From Octopus sinensis (Eukaryota), in contig NC_043005.1 in assembly GCF_006345805.1 (NCBI RefSeq), positions 95,976,001-96,040,000 on the forward strand: a DNA stretch of 64,000 nucleotides, read 5' to 3'. Made by a program: the position numbers and the translations under genes. The notes beneath the pieces are model-generated. The model had not been told where the DNA came from, ran no database searches, and saw nothing but the letters and a program-made list of their open reading frames with translations. This document shows, piece after piece, positions 49,896-63,262 of the stretch. How positions within the stretch are numbered: position 1 is the first letter of the stretch; each line of letters opens with the position of its first letter.

Positions 49896-50205
49896 TGGAG
49901 GCGCAATGGCCCAGTGGTTAGGGCAGTGGACTCACGGTTGTAGGATCGCGGTTTCGATTCCCAGACCAGGCCTTGTGAGTGTTTATTGAGCAAAAACACC
50001 TAAAGCTCCACGAGGCTCTGGCAGGGGGGGGGGGTGATCCCTGCTGTACTCTTTCGCCACAACTTCCTCTCACTCTTTCTTCTGTTGGGCTGCTCACTTA
50101 GCCAGTGGGGTGGCGTCATTTGAAGGCTAAAACAATGCGAAGCGCATTGTAACCAGCGATGTGTAGCAACATCTGATAGCCTGGTCGGTCACGGTGATCA
50201 CGGTG
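49896..50205 (+). mobile_element. tRNA-derived SINE with 15-bp TSD
   Basis: Head ggaggcgcaatggcccagtggttagggc...ggtttcgattccc; tail (CACGGTGAT)2; ATATATATCTACACA at 49881-49895 and 50206-50220. Confidence 0.85.
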
Positions 50206-50584
50206 ATATATATCTACACACATATGCACGCACACACACACACAGAGTTATACACACTTGTATTCCTCACACAAATAAACATCTTCCAACTGCGTTTCTC
50301 AATCCCATATCAAAAATTTAGATTAACCAAAACACAGATGTTCTTTAGATGAAACATCTCACAAGTTGTATATAACTTTGTAATATAGATTTGTAACACA
50401 ACATTTTTTGTATTCAAATGTGTTGATTACACTTCTGATTTGTAAACACTGTAACTCTGTGTCTAAAGATATCGATATTACCAGATGCATACATATATGT
50501 ATATATAGTTAGAGAGTTACTCAAGGGCCAAGAGTCTCATGCATTGAATATATATATATATCTTGTCTTCTTGTATTGAGACAG

Positions 50585-50885
50585 CATTCACCTGGGGTGG
50601 GTTGAGCTGGCTTCATTCATCCTCAATGTTGCATCTCTCACAAACGCCGACCAGACCTGGCAATTTGAGGCTAACAACTGCGTGATCTCCAACCACTCCT
50701 TATTCCAGCAGTGAACGCCGTATATATGGGGGCCTAGGTTGGGTTCCAGATAAGCCTTGAATATCATCAGCCAGGTTTTTTGTTGTCCACCACATCGCTT
50801 TCACCAACCCTGAAGGGGAGCCGGGGCAATTGCTTCATAGATGAATTCTCCTGGTTGACAATGGAGGGCATGACCCAGCCAACAT
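50585..50885 (-). mobile_element. RTE-clade LINE C-terminal fragment
   Basis: GW*KRCGGQQKTWL...LGPHIYGVHCWNKEW...LASNCQVWSAFVRD. Confidence 0.65.
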
Positions 50886-51309
50886 ATATACATGTCTGTA
50901 TGAGTTAGAGGTTAAGCAACCATCTAAGGAATAATAAATATCCAATACACTACTGGATGTATACTTACGTATTTATATCCAAGTGCTTACTATTGCAGGG
51001 CAGTATTGCAATTGAATAATAGGTATGAGTGAGGGTAAAAAAGAAATTTACCAAGGATTTAGAAGGCAAATAAGAAGATGGAGAGGATAATCACTCGGCA
51101 AACATCAGCCTGTAGACATTCATTTATCTCTATTAATCAATTACAATCATATATATAAATAGTCAAAATAAAGAAATGAAAAAAGCAAATAAACAAGTAA
51201 AAAAAAAATAGATAAATAAAAATAAATAAATGAATAAGAATAACTGAGTGAAAAAATACTTCTGATAACATACATGTTCTTTTTGTTAAAACAGGAAACC
51301 TATATTCAC

Positions 51310-53530
51310 TACCTACTGACACCTATAATAACTTTATTTTGAAGGAGTTTAACTCTAAATATGAAATAGTGGCTAATAATAGATTGAATAGCATTAATAA
51401 GAAACATTTCGATTTAATTAAAGAGCTAAAACTACTAGATAGAACTGAACTCAATGCCCCTAAAATCTCATACTTCATCCTTTAAGGACCACAAAGCCAA
51501 CTTCGAGAGCAAATCAACCATTAGGCTAATTTGCTCAACCAAATCAGATTTGGGCAGAATTAGTAAGTTTATCATTGATAGAATTATCTCTCATATTAAA
51601 AGGAATATGAACCTCCCACTCTTGGTATCCACAGGAGATGTCATAACTTGGTTCTGCTCTTTAAATAACAAAAAGAAAACCCACTTTATTCAATTCAACA
51701 TTAGTAATTACTACCAGTCCATTAAACCTGATTTACTAGACAAAGCAATTAAATTTGCAGAGAAGTTTACTAGTATCACACCTTTGGAGAAAGATATCAT
51801 ATTTACCGCAAGGAAAACACTGATATCCTTCAAAAATAGGACATGGACCTGATCTGACCTTCATGACGACTTTGATATTACAATGGGAAGTTCGGATTCT
51901 GCCCAGGTCACAGACATTGTTGGACTATTTCTAATCTCTAAAATTAGGGACAAATTCCCTAATATTAGTGAGGGCCTATATAGAGATGATGCCTTATTCG
52001 CCATATCTGAATCCTCCGCACAAGCAACTGATAGGATTAGGAAAATTATTAATAAAATTTTTTTAAATCATATAAATTAGATATCATATTTGAAAATGTC
52101 TCTAAATGTGTTAACATATTGGATGTAACATTAAATTTGGATAATGGCTTATTCTACCCCAATCATAAGCCTAACAAAACTATTAAGTATATCCACACCT
52201 TATCAAATCATCCCTGAAGTGTCATTAAGGGGGTAATTAAAGGTGTGTTGATAAGAATATCTAATTTATCCACTAATGAAAAAATATTCAATGAGTTCCC
52301 CCCCCCTTTATAATACAGCACTAAAAGACGGCATTAAAGACTATATTAAAAACACAATATTTAAAAACAAATTAGGCAAACAGTTTCCAAATATTACGAA
52401 TTCTAACATTGACTCACATCCAATAAACAACCCCACCAAATATAGAAATCAACAACTCTTTAAAAGACACTATAGATTTTTCAAGTATAGCAATACCGAT
52501 ATGGGGCAGAATAGGAACTATTCTGGGAGGAAACGGGAAACTGTATGGTTTACACCCACCTTCTCCCTTCTGGTAAGAAACCGCCCTAAGTTATTTTTTA
52601 GCATTATCGATAGGAACTTCCCACCTGGTCATAAATACCATTCTATATTTAATAGATCTTGTCTTAAATTATCCTATTCTAACACACCCAATCTTGGAGC
52701 AATCATCGCAGCCGATAACAGACTTAAACTTAGAAATAATGAAACCAATAGAGATAACCTAGCCGACCCTAACACGAAGAACAATAATAAGGAGCTGGAT
52801 ATTAAAAATAGTAAGACTAAACCAAGAAACGAAATAATAACATGTAATTGTCGTAATAGGGAATTTTGTCCCCTTAAAGGCTTCTGCTTAAGGAGAAATA
52901 CCATATACAAAGTTGAAGTTTCAACCCTAAATGAACCTAAAAAGATTTACACAGGTAGTACAATTGATTTTAAAAGTAGATAGAGGGCGCATGTAAACTC
53001 TTTCACTAACCACAAAACAAAAAAACTCAACCACACTAGCAACCTACATCAATAGATTAAATATGAACAACAAAGAATTCAGTCTGAATGGGTCTATAAT
53101 AAGGGAAGCCACACCATATAATACACACATGAAGAACTGCAATTTATGCACGAAAGAGGCAATCCACATAATCTGAGCCAACAAAAATAGTTTACTTAAT
53201 AAGATATCTGACGTTATAATTACCTGTAGACAATAAATATCTTTCAACATTTAAATTTTTCAAAAATAATTAAAATATAGGATTCTAATTTAGACTTACT
53301 TCATATTATGGACTCTTCTAAAATTTTATATTATATATGGCGTTGTAATACACTTTAGACTTTTAACATCTTATGCCTGAAGAGAATGGTCCGATCAAAC
53401 ATTTCTTTTAAAACTTTAAACTTGTAAATCTATTAACTCTGATGAGAGAAATACAGAGTATTGCTATGGTTGGAGTTAGCTCACCCATAGCAACCTACAT
53501 CTTTTTGAAACAGCCATAAGACTTTGTACA
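51310..53530 (+). mobile_element. Penelope-like retroelement (RT + C-terminal GIY-YIG), probably Hydra clade; frameshifted
   Basis: KDHK..F....TIRLI, FDITMGSSDSAQV..IVG, GLYRDD (YRDD 51979-51990), YIH..SNHP, CNCRNREFCPLKGFC, IYKVEV...IYTG, CNLC..E...LLNK....TCRHK. Confidence 0.85.
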
Positions 53531-54550
53531 TAGATTTTATACATATTCCAGATTCCTTATGAATCATTTTACATTCACTTTATCTTCCTCGTCATTGATT
53601 CAAAGTCGAACATTCGAACTTCACAAGTACATTTATGGACTTATATCTTTATATATATATATTTATGAATTTTTATGTGATTAAAAATTTTTATATGTCA
53701 ATAAATTTTTATATATTTATAAATTTTCGTGTATATGTATGTATTTATAAATTCTTAGGAATTTTTTTTATATCATATAGCTGAATGCATCTATGTATGT
53801 ATTTTGTATCCCATGGAGAATTTCATTAATATGGATTGAATGAATATATACATCGACCTTTGACTTTGTCTTCTCTCCCCCTTAACTTATTTTCCTGAAG
53901 CTCTATCAGAGCGCTAACTTGTTGAGCTGTATAAAGTGGATATCTATATCACTTATTTCCTCATTGTTATATATATATATATATATATAATTTATATATA
54001 CTTATATATGTGTGTATGTGCATACACACACACAGATCTATATATGTATGTGTGTATGTCTGTGTGTATCATTGTGTTTGTCCCTCACTACTACTTGACA
54101 ACCTGTGCTGGTTTATCTATGGCCCTGTAACTTAGCAGTTCAGCAAACGATGCCAATAGAATAAGTACCAGACTTTAAAAAAGTAAGTACTGAAGTCAAT
54201 TTGTTCAACTAAACCCTTAAACCCTTTAAGGCACTGCTCCAGCATGGTTGTAGTCCAATCACTGAAACAAGTAAAAGATAGAAGATAGCATATTTCAAAC
54301 TACATCATTTTCTTTTTGAAAGTTAGGAAAGTGTGATTTGGTAGAAGTTTGGCTGTTATTTTTTGCAAGTCAAGCAAAACATGGGGCTACTCTTTTGACC
54401 CCCAAAAGCACAATGGCTCTCATCTTCAATATTTCCTTTCTCCCTCTGTCAACAATACTTAACCTCAGGTCAGTCGCTTTCTTTATCACTTACTTAGTCT
54501 TGATAACAGAAACTATTGACTGTCTTGTGAACTACTTACTCTCTTTACCC

Positions 54551-54945
54551 TTTTACTCGTTTCAGTCATTTGACTGCGGCCATGCTGGAGCACCGCCTTT
54601 AGTCGAGCAAATTGACCCCAGGACTCATTCTTTGCAAGCCTAGTACTTATTCTATCAGTCTCTTTTGCCAAACCGCTAAGTTACGAGGACGTAAACACAC
54701 CAGCATCGGTTGTCAAGCAATGTTGTGGGGGGACAAACACAGACACACAAACACACACACACACATATATATACATATATATGACGGGCTTCTTTCAGTT
54801 TCCATCTACCAAATCCACTCACAAGGTTTTGGTCAGCCCGAGGCTATAGTAGAAGACACTTGCCCAAAGTGTCACTCAGTGGGATTGAACCCGGAACCAC
54901 GTGGTTGGTAAGCAAGCTACTTACCACACAGCCACTCCTGCACCT
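54551..54945 (-). mobile_element. CORE-type SINE, full length
   Basis: tRNA-like head, aagacacttgcccaa CORE-like segment, internal (CA)n, tail to cagtcatttgactgcggccatgctggagc. Confidence 0.85.
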
Positions 54946-55653
54946 ACTTGGGTAATTCCTATTGCAGACTACTTTGCAAGTAGCACATCTGAAGCTTTTG
55001 ATTCTGTCAGCCTGCCAGAATCCTCATTGTAGTTTTTCTGTACTCAGTGTTTGCACCGAGCTGCACATTGTTCCTACCAACACCCTTTCTATGCATCATA
55101 TAATAATAAGGCCACTTATACTATATAACAGTAAGACTTATACATTGTACTACAAAACGAGATATATTGACCTTTAAGCTTCTAAAATTCTATACACTCA
55201 TGAATACATAAACACCTACACACACACACATACACACATATGTACATACATTCACAAATAAACATGCAAAGCTAATATTAGGAAGCTAAATAGAAAATGA
55301 GACATTTATCTATTAAGCTAGGTGAGAAGTTGAGAGATGGAGTATCACAAGTGTTTTCTGGTATAAGACTGACAGTTATGAAGTTCTACAAACTGTCATA
55401 AAATGCATCATCTTCATATTAATGTCCACATTTCCATGCTTGCAGACTATGTCGAGGTAGATTATTTCCTACTGATGGATTCCCTTACTTGTTTCCATGG
55501 AAGGTAATATTTTCTCATGGCCAGACATAATTTTCACAGAATGTTGGAAATGAAGGATATCACCTGTATGACAGTGACACTCATTTACAGCTGTCACATG
55601 ATGTCAAGACACAGACAGTAACATATGTGCACACACACACGTGCACATGCACA

Positions 55654-55689
<36 letters not shown>

Positions 55690-57572
55690 TGTATGTATGT
55701 ATCCATGTATGTATATACACATACACACACACATATCCATGAAAGGCTTCTTTCAGCTTCCATCAAGAAAATTCACTCACAAGGTTGTGGTTAGCCCAAG
55801 ACTGTAGTACAAGACACTTGCCCAAGGTGCCACACAGTGGAACTGAACCCAACCTGGAACCATGTGGTTGGGAAGCAAACATCTTACCTGACAGCCACAC
55901 CTGGTGTTCAGTCGACAGATACCAATACTGTGTGCATAAGTAAAGTTTGTCTAATTGAAGGTCAGTTTAAATAGAGTATTTTCTGAAACAGCTACTCCCT
56001 ACAAAGAAAACTGTTAGGATCTAATGCATGTTATCTAACAAGATGGAATACTTCAAGTAACTGCAAGACTGTCTAAAGAATTAGTAGGCAAAACTTTGCT
56101 CTGGGTACCTTAGAAATCTAAAAATAGTAAGCAGTATGTCCAAAAATTCCAGTTAACTGATCATATAATAATTATCGCCCTTACTTACTATTTTAGGTTT
56201 TTTTAACATGCCTAAGGGAGTTATTTGCATATTACCTGCTTGGATAATCACTCAGTTGATTGAAATTTTCCAGTTCACAATATTACCTATATAGAGATTC
56301 AGCTATATTAATAAGGCAAACACAAGCTACCTCAAGGTAATTTTCCTCATCCACATCATCGTTTAACATCCACTTTCCGTTCTAGCACGGGTTGGATCGT
56401 TCGACCAGGGTCTGGGAAGCCAGGAGGCTGCACCAGGCTCCAGTCTGATCTGGCAGTGTTTCTACAGCTGGATGCCCTTCCTAATGCCAACCACTCCAAG
56501 AGTATAGTGGGTGATTTTTACGTGCGACCGGCACAGGTGCCAGGGGAGGCTGGCAGCGGCCACGATCGTTTGGTACGTTTTACGTGCCACTGGCACAGGT
56601 ACAAATTGCATCAGTGATTGCAAACAAGTCAGTGTGATTCCAATGTTGAGAGTATTTATATGTGGCTGATGTATTTACATTGTCTTTGCAATGTATGTAA
56701 GGAAACAATGATGAATCCATGGTTTGGCTTAAGTCATCTTGGCCCATTCTGAAATCATTTTAGCATTCACTTTTTCATGTTTGCACAGGTTGAAAGAAGT
56801 TTATTGAAGCAGATTTTCTACCGTCATATGTTTTTCCTCTTGTCAACCCTCACCTGTTTCCAGGCAAGGTAATATTTCCCCATAGCCAGACATATTTTCA
56901 CAGAATATTGGAAATGAAGGACACCAACTATCACACCAAGTCAAGCCAAGGATATACAAATACACACACACACACTCATACATGCAACCATGCATCATCA
57001 TAATCCTTTAACGTCTATTTTCCATGATAGCATGGATTGGATAGTTTGACCAGAACTGGCAGTTAGAGAGCTGCACCTGGTTCCAGTCTGATGAGGCTTG
57101 CTTTCTATGGCTGGATGCCTTTCCTAACACCAACCACTTTAATATGTGTGCTGGGTGCTTTTTATGTGATGCTGGCACTTGTAGGTCAACCCTCTTCACC
57201 AGGGGCAGCAGCAAAAATCTAGGAACTGAAATAGTGGTATCGATTCATATTATGAAACTGACGTTTAGACATCATTTCATATATGTGAGGTTTATATGCA
57301 AAGGGGGGGGGTACTCGAAAGAAACCGGAATAATATTTCTATTTTAAAAACTGTTAAAGTTTTAAACATTAAAATAATATTTGTGATCTTCTTACCAAAC
57401 AATTTGGCCAATCTTGTTTAACATCATTTTACAATTGCTGGTACAAATAGAAACGAAATGTCATGAGATACAGTGATATTTAGGTCACATCCTCATCCCT
57501 TTAGAGTATTGTGGGGGAACCTTCATAGTACCAAGACTAAATTACAAGTACATAAGAATCTATTCTCTCAAC

Positions 57573-58013
57573 TGGGCTTGGGACTAGCTATGGCAGAGGA
57601 GGAAGATGGTGTAGAGTCAGCAGCCCTGCATTTTCAATTTTTTACATTGCTACTGAAATACCAACAAGAGAACATATAAAACCCCGGTAGTGGTAAAGGG
57701 GTGTGGTCTTCAGAGAGTGCATATGAAGCAAAATGTAGTGAGAGCTGAAAGGTAGCTATGATGTGGAACACCATTTTCTCATCAAAGACAACCATACAAC
57801 TGGGACCATGGAATGTCAGGGACATGTTTCAAACTGTGAAAAGCATGAGTAGACCAAAACCAACATGGAGAAGGTCCACAGAAGCTGAAGCACTGGCGGA
57901 CAGCTACACCTGGGGACAACTGTAATCCCTTGTCAAAGATCCAGAGAAATGGCGATCTCTTGTTTGTGTCATATGTTCCATGTGAAGTCAAAGGAAATAA
58001 GAAGAAAAAGAAT
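57573..58013 (+). mobile_element. Bipartite internally deleted RTE derivative
   Basis: Endonuclease start QLGPWNVRDMFQT (57797-57835) joined within about 15 nt to the ORF C-terminus RPKPTWRRSTEAE...TWGQL...WRSLV..IC; A/G-rich tail. Confidence 0.65.
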
Positions 58014-59188
58014 CTGTGGGATGCATTTGACCTGAGAAAAATAATTTACTTATAATTTTATAAATTCATAGGAAAGTAACTTATATTAAAATACTGTTTT
58101 GATTTTAAAGATTAAACCAGTCATTTCTTAGATGGATGGATGGATGGATACAAAGAGAGAGAGAGAGAGAGAGAGAGAGTGTGTGTATTTATGTTTTTAA
58201 AGGCTTTATTAATGAGGGTTTTTTAAATTTCATGCAAGTGAAAATCCATCCATGAATCTTCAAACCAGCTCCAGAGTGACCAGTAATATACTTGAACATC
58301 ACTGTAACTGACAATGACCATTTGGACACAACTTGAATTTTATCAAAGTAAGAACTAAGTGTGACATAATATTTGTCAAGAAATCTTCACTTATAAGCTA
58401 CTGAAAATCATAAGTGGTGTTGTGGCATTTGTAATGAGAGTGCTTGGTTGCGGTAGACATATAGCATAGAGATAATTGATCAAATGTTCAACAGCTGTTT
58501 ACAGGTCTATCACTCCATCGCAGGGGCTTCCTAACCACCAGGCTGTGGATCAAGTGACACTAGGCTGCACAGAAAGAATAAAGTTTTAAAAGTTTATTTC
58601 TATTTTATTGACTATCACAGTCTGCAGAGTGTTTTTCTATTATATATGTATTTATTTTATATTTTCATTTCATCTAGTTTCAGCTCACGAGCTATGGCCA
58701 TGCTGGGGCACCGCCATTAAAATACAATAGCTGCAGTAACAAATATTTAAAAAAAAATTGTCGTAAAACTTGTAATAATTAAATTACTTTCGAAGGGAGG
58801 AGGTTAGTCAGTATTGCTGACCCCAATACTTGACTGGTATTTTATGTTTCTTTGACCTCAAAAGGATGAAAGGAAAAGTTGACTCCAGTAGGATTTGAAC
58901 TCAGAATTTAAAGAGTTGATCCATGGAAAAATTGTCTTGCATGAAACCAGTCTGTAGTGTAAAAAAAAGGTTGGGAACTGCGGCTATCAGTTTGGGGTGA
59001 ACTCTAATGCAATGATCAGCATTCTAGTCATGGTTGGCATGTCTTTATTGTTGAACAGTCTGTTCAGAGATTCCCAAACTAAAACCACAGGATTCCCCTT
59101 CTAAAGATAAAAAATTTTATTGACTGCAATTATCATGCTCTTCTTATTGTGTATTTGTCTTCATGATGAGTTACATCAATTTTCATAA

Positions 59189-59224
<36 letters not shown>

Positions 59225-59645
59225 GAGGGAATATCACCAAGAGAATTCTTGGTGATTTACCATTGGAAACACCCCAAGCCAACAGGAGAGATGGGCAATT
59301 TGCCCCTCCAATCAAAACCAAGTAAGTTTTCCTTTCCTGTTCTTTCCTTTTTCCCAAAACATGGTCGTGTACAGAATAGGCAGCATGAATGTGAATGTAC
59401 ATGGCTTGGGGTCACCTTGGAAGTGGGGTCACCTGCTCAACGTTCTCAGGGCACTGAATGCCGACATGGTGGCCATTAGGGAAAACAGAATTTCCAACTC
59501 ACGGGATTTCTGACCCATTTTCAGTAACTATGACACATATGCATCTTCAAGTTGTCCAGAAGCAGGAGGCAGAGTCGTGGTGATGGCTCGGAAAAATCTA
59601 GATCTTGCAATGAGGACAATCTTCCTGGATCTGAAAGGTAAGTCA
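59225..59645 (+). mobile_element. Tx1/L1-clade fragment (ORF1 end and start of APE endonuclease)
   Basis: MVVYRIGSMNV..GLGSPWKW...DMVAIRE...GG.VVV.ARKNLDL..RTIFLDLKGK, collinear with the ORF2 start of the 10896-14922 element. Confidence 0.75.
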
Positions 59646-60715
59646 GATCTTTGGAATCATTTGTCTTACATTCTTCACAATATCTGTTGATCCCCTCAAG
59701 ACTTTCTTTAGTTTGGTTATTTTACTAATCTCTTCCAGGCTGCAGTTAAGCCATGTTGACAGGGTAAAAACAGAAATGTCTTTCCTGTTAAAATATGAAG
59801 TTGTTTTAAGTGAGAAGTGTCAACTGACTTAATGAACTAATCATTTAACTATTGTCTTTTGTAATTAACTTTGAAAATGTCATCATAACTTATTCAATAA
59901 TTATCTTCTCTTAAGACACATGTTAGCCACAAAAATAGCTGCTTTTGAATGAAAGCTTCTTATTTTTGTTTCGGTTATCTACTCATGGATTTATTTTTTG
60001 TTATTTCATTTCACACTTGTTTTGTTTTAGATGTCAATCAAGGACAAACATGTCTGCATTTGTTTTGTGCATAAATTAAAATAGAAAAGTAAAAATCAAA
60101 TTGTAATTAGAAAATTAATTTGTTTTTTAGTATTAGTTTTAAATTTCTCTGCAAGTATGTCATTGTGAAAAATCACATCCTCAAACTCTTTCAATACCAA
60201 CCTAAGACCACTTCTGCTTTCAATACAAAACCTTTCATTTTAAAATTTTCTCATTTAAATTAAATCCTTCAATCATAATTGTATGTTAAGATTTTTTAAA
60301 AGTTATATTCCAATTAACAACATAAAACTAGCAGAGTTAGTTAGATTCTTCAAAATACTGCATTCATCATCATCATCATCATTTAACACCCTTCTTCCAT
60401 GATGGCATGGGGTTGGACAATTTGACAGGAACTGGCAAACCAAAGGACTGTGCCAAGCTCTACTGTCTGTCTTGGCATTACTTCTACAGCTAGCTGCTCT
60501 CTCTGTCACCAACCACTTTACAGAGTGTACTGGGAGCTTTTTACATAGCACCAGCACCAGTGAGGTCACCAAGTAATTTGCAAGGCACAACCCTCATCAA
60601 CTGAAGGGTGAACAGTGTTGAGGAAGGTAGCTTTGTACCAGGTAATGACAGAGGGACAGAAACAGGTATCTTGAAATAAATGAGAATAATGGCAGCCTTG
60701 GTTGGAAAAAGAAAG

Positions 60716-60763
<48 letters not shown>

Positions 60764-60854
60764 ACAGTGAAGAAGGTGTATTGAAGGCATGCCCTCAAGT
60801 TTTAATTATTTACAAAAAGATGCAATGTATTATTTTATTAGAAGTATCTCTTTT

Positions 60855-61233
60855 ACTCTTTTACTTGTTTCAGTCATTTGACTGTGGCCATGCTGGAGCA
60901 CCATCTTTAGTTGAGCAAATCGACCCCAGAGCTTATTCTTTGTAGACCTAGTACTTATTCTATCAGTCTCTTTTGCCAAACCGCTAAGTTACGGGGACGT
61001 AACCACATCAGCATCAGTTGTCAAGTGATGTTGGGGGGACAAACACACACACATACACACACACACACACATATACGATGGGCTTCTTTCAGTTTCTGTC
61101 CACCAAATCCACACACAAGGTTTTGGTTGGCCCGAGTCTATAGTAGAAGACACTTGCCCAAGGTGCCATGCAGTGGGACTGAACCTGGAACCATGTGGTT
61201 CGTAAGCAAGCTACTTACCACACAGCCACTCCT
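60855..61233 (-). mobile_element. CORE-type SINE, full length
   Basis: Same family as 54551-54945. Confidence 0.85.
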
Positions 61234-61919
61234 ACACTATGTTAACTTTTGTTACACAAAGATGCTTCTATTCATGTAATATCAAAGTCGAGTTAGAGTA
61301 ACAAATGTTATCCTTTTCATTTGAATCTGAAGGAACTTACTAGTTAATATAATATTCACTAAAATTAAAATTTTTTAAAAAGTGAGTAGATATTGCCAGT
61401 AAAATTTAAGTCTTGGCCAAACACAGTTTTTCTGACATGGCTGTATGGTAAGGAATTAGCTTCTTAACCATGTTTCCAAGCTCAGTTCCATTACATAGTA
61501 AATAAAGTGAGTACCTTCTACTATAACTCCAGGCCAAACAAAACCTTTTGAGTGGATTTGATAGATGGAAACTGAAAGAAGCCTGTTGTAAACTTGCTAT
61601 CCAATTCAATAGAATTCCTGAAACTTGATCCTTTGAAGTCCATTCCAGACCCCGACATAAACAACATATATAATAAACTCTATGATGAAATTTCAGACAT
61701 GTTCTTAACTATGGACAAAAACAGGAGAACAAACTTTTAATTTCCAATTTTTTTCTTATTCCCTAATTTTTTACTTTCATTTCTTGATATTTGATAAGAT
61801 GGACATAACACATTGAAACTGGTAATATTTTATAAAAGTCACTCAATGTAGCAAAAATTAAACAATCTTTAGACGTACTTTCATGTTGTTATACTTTTAT
61901 TTCTTAACTATACATACAT

Positions 61920-62232
61920 ATATATATAAAGTTAATCCAAACATGAAAACACAAAGAGAAAACACAACAACGCGAGGATGTGGAACAAGTATAGTGTTAT
62001 TGGACGCTCAGGAAAGGAAAGAAAGAAGGAGGATATAACGTTTCGAGCGGAGCTCTTTGTCAGAAACAGGAAAAGGAAAGATCCAAGGAAGGGAAAACAG
62101 AGGAAAAAATCGCCTATATATTCAAAATGTGACCGCGTGTGTACCGTTGGCGATTTTTTCCTCTGTTTTCCCTTCCTTGGATCTTTCCTTTTCCTATGTT
62201 TCTGACAAAGAGCTCCGCTCGAAACTTTAAAT
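61920..62232. mobile_element. Head-to-head inverted PLE-type pseudo-LTR pair with minimal hammerhead motifs
   Basis: Arms 62040-62114 and 62149-62225 are near-perfect reverse complements; each reads CTGACAA-A-GAGC-TCC-GCTC-GAAAC. Confidence 0.75.
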
Positions 62233-62624
62233 ATATCATCATCATCGTTTAATGTTCATTGATGATGATGATATATATCATCAGCATCATCATTTAACAT
62301 CCCTTGTCCATACTGGCAAGCTAGAGAGGTGCACTAGGCTCCAGTCTGATTTGAGATGGTTTCTATTGCTGGATGCCCTTCCTAATGCCAACCACTTTAC
62401 AGAGTGCTCCACTGGGTGCTTTTATGTGGCACCACATAAGTGCTTCAATGTGGCACTGGCACGAGTGCATTTTACATGGCACCAGCACAGGACTCTTTTA
62501 TGCCAATCCTCTTCACCATCAGGGTGACTGGCCTTAACACTTCTGCTGCAGTGGAGTACAGGGTCTTCTTGAGTACAGCAAGGTGCTAGTCATCTCAGTC
62601 TTCCTGGGTCTTCTACTTCAACAT

Positions 62625-62830
62625 GTTCCATCAACTTTGAGAGATCAGCACTTATTTATGCAGCTGTTGGCATCAATCTGCATCACATGACCAAACCAGT
62701 GCAGTCTTCTCTCTCGCACATAGCATCTAATTCTTCTTAAGCCTAACTTCTCTCTCAGTACACTCACACTGTCGAACAGGTACACTTACATTACATATCC
62801 ATGGAGCATACTAGCCTCATTTGTCTCTGA
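62625..62830 (-). mobile_element. RTE-clade LINE fragment
   Basis: NEASML...SVSVLREKLGLRRIRC.VRERRLHWFGHVM. Confidence 0.75.
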
Positions 62831-63216
62831 TGTCCTCCCTCCTCTCTCTTGAAATAAATTATCTGTTAAAGAAAGTAATCAAATATTTATATATATTGGT
62901 TGTGTGGTAAGAAGCCTGTTTCCCAACCACATAGTTCCGGGTTCAGGCCCACAGCGTGGCATCTTGAGTAAGTGTCTTCTACTATAGCCTCAAGCCAACC
63001 AAAGTCTTGTGAGTGGATCATCATATGTATATGCCGCTAGGCAGAATAATGTTTTTGCTTCTCGCTAACCTCCGCCAAACTTCCTTGCCAACCTCCAACA
63101 ATCTCTCTCTCCTCCAGCTGGAAGTTTTTTGTACTAAGGTGTTTCAATACAACAGAGTTACCCACGGATATTTCTCAGTCTTTACACCAGCTAGTGTATA
63201 CATACATATATATATA

Positions 63217-63262
<46 letters not shown>

